The position numbers were made by a program, and so were the translations under genes. A model generated the notes under the pieces. The model had not been told where the DNA came from. It saw nothing but the letters and a program-made list of their open reading frames with translations, and did not search any database. This document shows, piece after piece, positions 54,495 to 64,000 of a DNA stretch of 64,000 bases; within the stretch, counting starts at the first letter, position 1; each line of letters opens with the position of its first letter. Source of the stretch: Octopus vulgaris (lineage: Eukaryota); assembly GCA_951406725.2 (NCBI GenBank), contig OX597828.1, forward strand, positions 19,964,001 through 20,028,000, written 5' to 3'.

Positions 54495-54786
54495 CTAAGG
54501 AACACACAAAGACACACACACACATATATATGTTTACATCCACATAACCTACTAAATACTTGTATAAATGAGGTATGTGCGGTTCATAATTAATCGTTTT
54601 GAAGCTGAAGTAGACACGAAGCTTCAACTTCGCCGCTGCATTAATCACTATCTGCTGTCTGTCCGTTTGTCCGTCTTGCTAGTCATACATACTTACATAC
54701 CTGCAAACATGTGTACAAAGATGTATATACATGTAAACCTACATATATATTTACACACATCCCATACATCTATGTATATATGTCTA

Positions 54787-54839
<53 letters not shown>

Positions 54840-54899
54840 ATGTATGTATGCATATATATAATTATCCATAAATATATATATATATATATATATGTATTA

Positions 54900-55400
54900 T
54901 TTGTTTCAGTCATTTTACTTCGGCCATGCTAGAACACTGCCTTTAGACGAACAATTCACCCCAGGACTTATTCTTTGTAAGCCTAGTAGTACCTATGCTA
55001 ACGGTGCGTTGTGATGAACCGCTAAGTTACAGGGACGAAAACACACCAATGTCGGTTGTTAAGCAATAGTGGGGGGTACAGACACAGATACACAAACAAA
55101 TTCATGCTTGATCGCCAAATCCAAAAGCTTTTTTTTATTCTCTGTTTATTTTTTCCTATTCCTTTCTGTTGAAGAGCGTAGGCTCGAAACCTAAAAGACT
55201 TTCTCACTTTCCCGAGCGTCAAAGTAATACACCTACATCAAGCTTCTTTCAGTTTCCGTTTACCAAATCCACTCACAAGGCTTTGGTCGGCCCGAGGCTA
55301 TAGTAGAAGACTTTTTCCCAAGATGCCACGCAGTGGAACTGAACCCAGAACCATGTGGTTGGTAAACAAGCGACTTACCACACAGCCACTCCTGCGCCTA
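54900..55400 (-). mobile_element. SINE family C with an insertion (55100-55236) in its microsatellite linker
   Basis: Tail 54900-55098 and head 55240-55400 flank unrelated sequence. Confidence 0.85.
55161..55198 (+). ncRNA. minimal hammerhead-like motif
   Basis: CTTT-CTGTTGA-A-GAGC GTAG GCTC-GAAA-CC-TA-AAAG; core position 6 is U rather than A. Confidence 0.4.
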
Positions 55401-56155
55401 TACACACACACACGCCACACACACACATATAAAGTAATACCTCACTTTACATGGGCTCGAGTTACGTAATCACAGGTTTACGAGTTTTATTTTACGGTAA
55501 ATATAAAACGGTTAAGCAGCCTTAGAATTTTTTCAAGCGCAAGATCCAAATTTTAAACGAAATGCAAAAGTTTCAAGTACCATAACAAACGCTTCTTCGT
55601 GTTACCGAGAAATTTACAGAGAGCGAAAAAAAGTTTCTTCTAAGCAAACAACTCTAGATTTGGTTTTTAAAAAGAAATCTACAAGTCCGTCTACGTGTGC
55701 TTGTGAATCGGTGATCGCGTCTATAAGTGATGGTGTGTACGATTCTAGTGCGAGTGGAAGTGATTCAGAAAACAATAATACTTATAATAGTTTTTAGTAT
55801 AAATGATATTGATATTCTTTCTACTGTACATAAAATATTCTTTACATTCTACAGTTGTTTTATTGTCATTTATTGCCATTTATTTACGAGGATTATAAAG
55901 TTTATGCAAAATTCTAGCAAGAGTGAACATAACGAATAACGAATCATTACGTTGCTGGAATTGGAAATTATTGCTTTGTTTTATGGGTTTTCTCTTTACG
56001 AGTGGTCCCCGGAAACAAACTAATTCGTATATCGAGGCATTATTGCATATATGTACACTCACGCGCACGCTCACATACATACAGACAGACACACGCACGC
56101 ACGCACTCGCACACACATACACACACGCACGCACACACACATACAAACACACACA

Positions 56156-56194
<39 letters not shown>

Positions 56195-56773
56195 GTATAC
56201 AGGGTGCGGGGGATTAAACTATCGTCTAAAATACGCAAAAATGAAAATAACACTGGAATTTCATTTTAACCGATATATTTACCAATGCATTGAACCAAAG
56301 ACGAGAGCTTTTAAATTCCTGCAGGCACGCTACGTGGTTTAAAATGTGAACTGTTAATATACCGTATGGGTAATTTTTTCACGTTCGAAAAATCTATTTG
56401 ACTTTCGCATTTGAATTTGGCTTTTACACTTAAAATATAGACATCTTTTAGTATTACAATGCTGCTACATATTTCGCCTTCATATTTCACATTCGACTTT
56501 TTGCAAATTTAAATATAAATTTTGCTGAGTTTAAATTTTTACTTATTTTTTAATCCATTTCCATATTTAAATTTTGCTGAGGTTAAATTTTTTTACTCTT
56601 ATTTAAATTTTAAATTTATATTTAAGAAAAAATTATATATTTACATTACTCTTAATTATATTATTTTATTGTAAAATTTTCTAATTTTGAAATTCAATAC
56701 ACCAGATATATTTCAATATATCTGTATGTGTGTATACGTTATGGTGTATTCATGTATCTTGAAGTGAACATAT

Positions 56774-56811
<38 letters not shown>

Positions 56812-57195
56812 ACGTATATGTTTATTTGTATATTCGTATACGTGTGTACATGTGTGTTACTATTGTATGCATGTATGCATTTATGTAGATATGCGGGTTT
56901 TATATGTGTGCGCGTGTAAGCTTACAGAAATATCTAATATTTGTTTAGATACTTTTGGGAACGCTAACTTCCAAATCATTTCTCTTTCTCTCTCTATCTA
57001 TATATTTTTTCTTTTTCACTTTCTTTTTTCGTTTTTCCCACTACTTTCTGATTTTCCCACTACTTTTCTGATTTTCGTTTTCTTTTTCGTTTCCTCTTAC
57101 TAGCTTGTAACAGCTAAGTTGTATATCTAGAAATACGCACGGAGACGCATTATGAGTGTGTATTATTGTGTACGTAGATATCTATATATGCATTA

Positions 57196-57247
<52 letters not shown>

Positions 57248-57634
57248 AGGCATGTACCAAAGTTTGTATGTTTTGTGGATATATGTATGGGCCTCTTAGT
57301 ACTTTTAGTATGTCCATATATAACTAAATATATATGCATTTTTATGATATTAGTTCTTTGTAAATGTTTTAAATTTAAACAGACATATCGTTGTAATTAT
57401 TTATTTTACCGTTAATTAATTTACCTTTGTATACAAGTTTTTCTTCATTCTGCTAAGGTTAAGTTTTGATTTAATGTTTTCTTCGATTTTAAATTATATG
57501 ATTTAAATCGTAATGATAATTTCATATAAGCGGTTATTGAAAAGACCGTTATTTGAAAGGACCAAATGTTTATTCACCAACGTAATTGTATATATAAATA
57601 CATATATAATCTTATTTTTGTGCCATTCTCAACC

Positions 57635-57680
57635 AAAACTATCCGACGAACGGGATCGTGAAACTCAGAGGAACAGTTTT
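57635..57680 (+). ncRNA. type I hammerhead ribozyme-like motif, degenerate
   Basis: Stem I AAAACTAT/ACAGTTTT, core CCGACGA, stem II ACG-GGAT-CGT, GAAA, stem III CTC-A-GAG, site GA instead of UH. Confidence 0.5.
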
Positions 57681-57787
57681 TGCGATGATTTTTCAAAATT
57701 ATTAATAAAGCATATTACTCTGGCTGCGGTATTCGAGTACTATTTCTTCCTCCTCGTTTCACATTTATATGCTTACTCTGGTAAATA

Positions 57788-57919
<132 letters not shown>

Positions 57920-58074
57920 AACACAAACTTACTGTTAACAAACATTGGAATGCGTAGCGTTCATTTATTTCATAAATGAAAAATGCATTACAAAACGTGC
58001 ACGTCTGCACATCCAACACACAAAAACAGGCGTGCGCATACACACGCACTCATACACACACACACACACACACA

Positions 58075-58107
58075 TACTTGGAAATGGATGCGTGGCGTTC
58101 AATCAAT

Positions 58108-58170
<63 letters not shown>

Positions 58171-58336
58171 TACAGAACGTCACCAACTACAAACGACATA
58201 GAGTGCGAAAACAAATGTGTTCAATACGCAAGCTATGAGAGAAGCAAATAGAAAACAGGACACGTAACATAAAGAACGATCCTTCATCAGTTGTTGACGT
58301 CCTGTTGACGTCCATGTATATATATGTATATATATG

Positions 58337-58386
<50 letters not shown>

Positions 58387-58399
58387 TATATATATAAAT

Positions 58400-58472
<73 letters not shown>

Positions 58473-59162
58473 TATATATACACATATATATATATATATA
58501 TACTCATATATATATATATTATTTATATTATTATTTAATTGAACACCATGCATCCATTTCCAAGTAATTTTATCTTAATATTTTTGGTGCGACTCTACTC
58601 TATATTGTTTTCTCCCTCATCTTTTTCTCCCCTTCACCGTTGTCTATATGTCTGTCTGTCTCTTCCCCTTTCATTTTCTCTTTCTCTCGTTGCACACACG
58701 TGACCATCGTCTATCATTCTTTTCCTCACGAGATCATCTTTCTTTTCCTTCAGGTCTGTCCTAAGGTCTGGACGTATTCTACCTGTCTCTTCTATCGTTT
58801 TCTCCTTTCAAAGAAAATATTTCTCCAGCGTTCGCTATGTTACCCTCATCCTGCCCGTACGAACCTCCATATTTGTTTTCGTTCGGTTTCCTTGTATGTC
58901 TCCACTGTCCTGTTTTGTTCCCAAATTTAACCCACCATAAATCCCAAATTTTAATTTGGTACTTATGGAGGCAACTCTTCGAAGACTCATATTGTCGTTC
59001 AGTGCTCGAAATGACGAGTAGATAGACAGCTGACGACTGATGAAGGGTCGTTCTTTATGTTACATGTCCTGTTTTCCATTTGTTTTTCTGGCTGTTTGCG
59101 TATTGAACACATTTGATTTCGTATTTCATGTTGTTTACTATTGTTGAGGTCCTGTACCCATA
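58075..59162. repeat. interlocked inverted repeats among TA tracts
   Basis: 58075-58110 vs 58535-58567 (TACTTGGAAATGGATGC / GCATCCATTTCCAAGTA); 58167-58300 vs 59030-59162 (GTAACATAAAGAACGATCCTTCATCAG / CTGATGAAGGGTCGTTCTTTATGTTAC). Confidence 0.85.
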
Positions 59163-60047
59163 TATGCATATATATATATATATATACACATATATATATA
59201 TATATGTTTATATGTATGTATGTATATATGCATATATATATCATTTATATAATATATATTTATAAATATATACATATCTATATCTACATATCTATATATC
59301 TCACTTTCTTTTTTCTCTTTCTATTATGCACACATGCACATACACATATATATATAATACATATATACATATATAGATATATATACATATATATGTATAT
59401 ATATATATATATATATATTTCTATAGATATACATATATACATATATGGACTCATGTGGTTAGTTTCCTTCCTCTTTGACGCTTTGTGTATGTATATACAT
59501 TATGTGAATGTATGCGTGTTAGCGTATGCGAATATTTGGATCTGTGGTTACATTTCAAGTATTTCTCTGTATATCTCTTTATATACAAATATGTACTATG
59601 TATTGTTACTGAGTGATGTTGTTTACTAACTGACGGACTCCGAAATGACCAATCGCTTTCGTCCTCTACACGGCCTTTTACACTGATTAGTACACTTCTT
59701 CACATACTTATTTTCTTTATCATTACTCTTTCCTAGACAAGACATACACACACGCGCACACACAAATAAAAAAACATGAACAAAGATAAAATAAGTAAGA
59801 TTAAAAACATAACATTGCCAATTCTACTATGAAAGAAACTATCGTAAATGTCAAGAAATTCTTTTCTAATGGCACACAAACTGACATACCCTCCACTACA
59901 AAAGAATCCCCCCAAAACATGAATATAAATCTTTACCGATCTTTACCAAAATATTTACAAATACGTATATACTTAAATGCCGAAAATTATATAAGTACGT
60001 ATAAATATATGAAGATACGTATTTTTATACACACACACATATATAGG

Positions 60048-60116
<69 letters not shown>

Positions 60117-60401
60117 ATATTTATATATATATATATACATATACGCACACATATATATATGTATGTATGTGTATATATATATACATATACATACATATAT
60201 GTATATATGAAAAAAAAAAAAAAATATATATATATATGCTATGCTCCAGAACGAGGCGTTAGTCGAGTACAGAGTGATAGTAATGAAAATGAGATGACAA
60301 AGGAATAAACCATTATCTTATTAACTACATTAGCTTATAGCTGTTTCTTTAGCTCATGAGGTTCATGATATAATCGTCTATCCTTTTACATCTCATTTCC
60401 T

Positions 60402-60534
60402 TACACACACACACACACACACTCATGCATACATACATACATACGTACATACGTACATACAAACATACATACATACATACATACATACATACATACATAC
60501 ATACATACATACATACACACACATACATACATAC

Positions 60535-60565
<31 letters not shown>

Positions 60566-60604
60566 CATACATACATACATACATACACACACATACATAC
60601 ATAC

Positions 60605-60635
<31 letters not shown>

Positions 60636-60694
60636 CACACATACATACATACTTACATACATACATACATACATACACACACATACATACATAC

Positions 60695-60725
<31 letters not shown>

Positions 60726-60737
60726 CATACATACATA
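60402..60737. repeat. (TACA)n with higher-order repeat (TACACACACATACATACATACTTACA)
   Basis: Directly visible; followed by a 30-bp 3' tip of the TACA-associated RLE family (60741-60770). Confidence 0.92.
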
Positions 60738-61429
60738 CGTAAGACATCTTCAAATAAAACTGAACAATGATATGCAGACACACACAACACACCTACATTC
60801 TGTCCCTTTTTCTCTTGCATTTGCCGTCCTCTCTTTCCTTCCCTCTTTTCTCACCATTCTTCTCTGTTGCTTTCTGTCTCTCTGACCCCGCCAGCCACTT
60901 TTTTCCCTCTGCTCCGGCTACCACGTAACCCCCGACCATTCTCCTTCTCATATTTCTTTCTCTCATTCCTTTTTTCGCTAGACCGCTGACTCGATCAGCC
61001 ACATTTCATTCGTCTCCTCTACGTTTAAAATGGTTTGATTTTTCACCGTTCGTTTTATTAAGCTTCTGTTCTGGATTCCCATCTGTTCCCCTTTTCATTT
61101 CCAATACTATAGGCCATTTTCCTTTGCGTTAGCCATATATTCGCTTCGTCTTAGAACCAGATGGTCATATTTTTCTTAGTATAATGTATGTTTGTATATT
61201 CATATTTTTGTCGTGTTTCTTTTCGTCAATGTCCCCAATGTTTGGTTGCTATTCCTAGCAGCTTCTTTCTATTGACGCCACCAAAGTGAATAATATTATC
61301 GTTTAAGGTGGGAAATTGTAAGAGTCTTTTGGACGATAACTGACAAAGAATTAGCAACGTCCCGTCTTGGGCGTGAGTTTACTGTTCGTCCCTTTGTTGT
61401 GTTACTGTCTAAATTTTGGAACTGTATAA

Positions 61430-61461
<32 letters not shown>

Positions 61462-62259
61462 TTATATATGTATGTATATTTGTGTGTGTGTGTGTGTATG
61501 TGTGTGTATCAAACTTTGAGAGCATCTCTCATAAGGACTCATGGTGCATAAAATCAATCGACATTATACAATTCTCAGAAAAGAATCGTCTGCTATCACC
61601 CCACCCCAGGAGCTGTCAGATCATGTTTTTTCACCCTGCTGTGGGTTCCTCAGTGACAGATGTCCAACAGTGCGAAAACGGCCGACTCTCCCTTCAACGA
61701 CATAAAGGATCTCAATCTCTATTCAAGCACTGATGTTTCAAATAGCTAGTGAGCTTATTAACAATTGATGACACGCAGTATTAATTAGAAAAGATATTCT
61801 TGATCCCTGATTTAATGTGGCGGTTGTGCCGAAATAGAGTGAACTGAGTTGTCTACCTTGAGAGAATCTCTCGTAAGGACTCGTGGTGGATAAAAGCACT
61901 GCTTCTGTCGTTATGTATGCATGTATGTATACATGTATGTATGTATGTATGTATGTTTGCATGCATATCTGTATGTGTGCGTGTGTGTAAGTATGCATAT
62001 ATAAATGTACGTTTATATAAGTATAAATGTGTATATATGCATTCATGCACTTAAAAGAATGAAAGCATATATATATATGTGTGCGTGTATGTGTCTGTGT
62101 GTGTGTGTATTTATGCCTGTATGTATGAGAAGCTACACAATGTTCTCCTACACGAATAACCGGAGTCATCAACGCTACCAAAATTTTCCTAAAATGGATG
62201 ACCACTCGTTTAAAACAATAACAGAGACACGAAAATATAGATGGAAGGCTTGTAGCAAT

Positions 62260-63030
<771 letters not shown>

Positions 63031-63527
63031 GATTATGGTAAGGAGGCCGGCTGGCTCGAGACAAACTACCCGTTTCAATGTTCCTCGGTCGATAAAATAA
63101 AGTACAATTGAAGTATGATAGTATCATCAGAATCGACCTTACTAAAACGCGAGACCTTACTCATTTTCCTTAAAACCAATGGTTAAGAACTTGTTACAGA
63201 ATGTCGTAGACACATATAAATATTTTCACTACTAGCATGATACCTAAAATATGCACATATTTAATGAGGTAGGAACTCGTACATTACTGTAGAGACCGGC
63301 ATTTGTAATCGTGCAGACATTAATAAATTTCTCAAATACAGAATGAATGAATATATATAAACGTGTGTGCGCGCGCGTCTGTGTGTATGTGTGCGTGTGT
63401 GTATGTGTGCATGTGTAGGTATGTCTATATTTATGCGTACACAAACACACACACACATACACACACATTTATAAACACATATATATGAGCATATAAGCCT
63501 ATATTTATATATTTACATGCATGTATA

Positions 63528-63605
<78 letters not shown>

Positions 63606-63925
63606 TTGATATATATACTTACATATATGCACACAACCACACATTAATATATATAGACACACACACACACACACACACACATACACACACAGTGTATATA
63701 AATATACACTCACATAGACACGTATGTAGCTCTGTGTGTTTGGGTGTAATATATTATTTATATCAAATGTATATATATTCCACTTTAAAGGATAAATTTT
63801 TCTCGAACAAAAGACATGGGACTATCACATCTACCAATTTTTCTGTGTGTGTGTCTTTACGCCTCCTCTTCCTCCGCCTCTCTCTCTCTCTCTTTCTCTC
63901 CCGTATGCACATAAATTCTCACTTT

Positions 63926-63956
<31 letters not shown>

Positions 63957-64000
63957 TGTTTTCCTCTTTCTCTATCTCTCTCCTTTCATCCCCTGGGACA

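Noticed and set aside
55430-56345. Possible pogo/Tigger end (AGTAATACCTC, ~55433) and Tc1-type end (TACAGGGTG, ~56198)
   Set aside because: Single short termini without matching opposite ends or transposase remnants.
59625-59665. CTGACGGACTCCGAAA hammerhead-like string
   Set aside because: No credible stem I or stem III pairing.
61519-61900. ~38-bp direct repeat (61519 and 61861) as LTRs or TSD
   Set aside because: Too short, no TG..CA ends or internal features; likely a local duplication.

Overview
AT-rich, extremely repeat-dense eukaryotic DNA, most likely intergenic or intronic. The SINE families and the (TA)n/(TACA)n/(TCTA)n/(TAA)n microsatellite load look like an octopus (coleoid cephalopod) genome; this is from recognition, not a search. 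I find no supportable host gene, and almost all ORF-track entries are microsatellite artefacts. The one long real coding region is a 5'-truncated R4/Dong-clade non-LTR retrotransposon (RT + CCHC + restriction-like endonuclease, 31195-33097, minus strand) embedded in (TAA)n. Other contents: five further R4-type fragments; a second RLE family associated with (TACA)n; a ~550-bp non-coding element bounded by (TAA)n; Tc1 and mariner fossils; a non-autonomous Helitron; three tRNA-type SINE families (here A, B, C); and a 59-bp G-rich minisatellite. The most unusual signal is a set of short non-coding fold-back (inverted-repeat) elements, mostly abutting (TA)n, several carrying degenerate type I hammerhead-ribozyme motifs, consistent with Penelope-like/retrozyme termini. 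Coordinates of degenerate repeats are approximate, read by eye.
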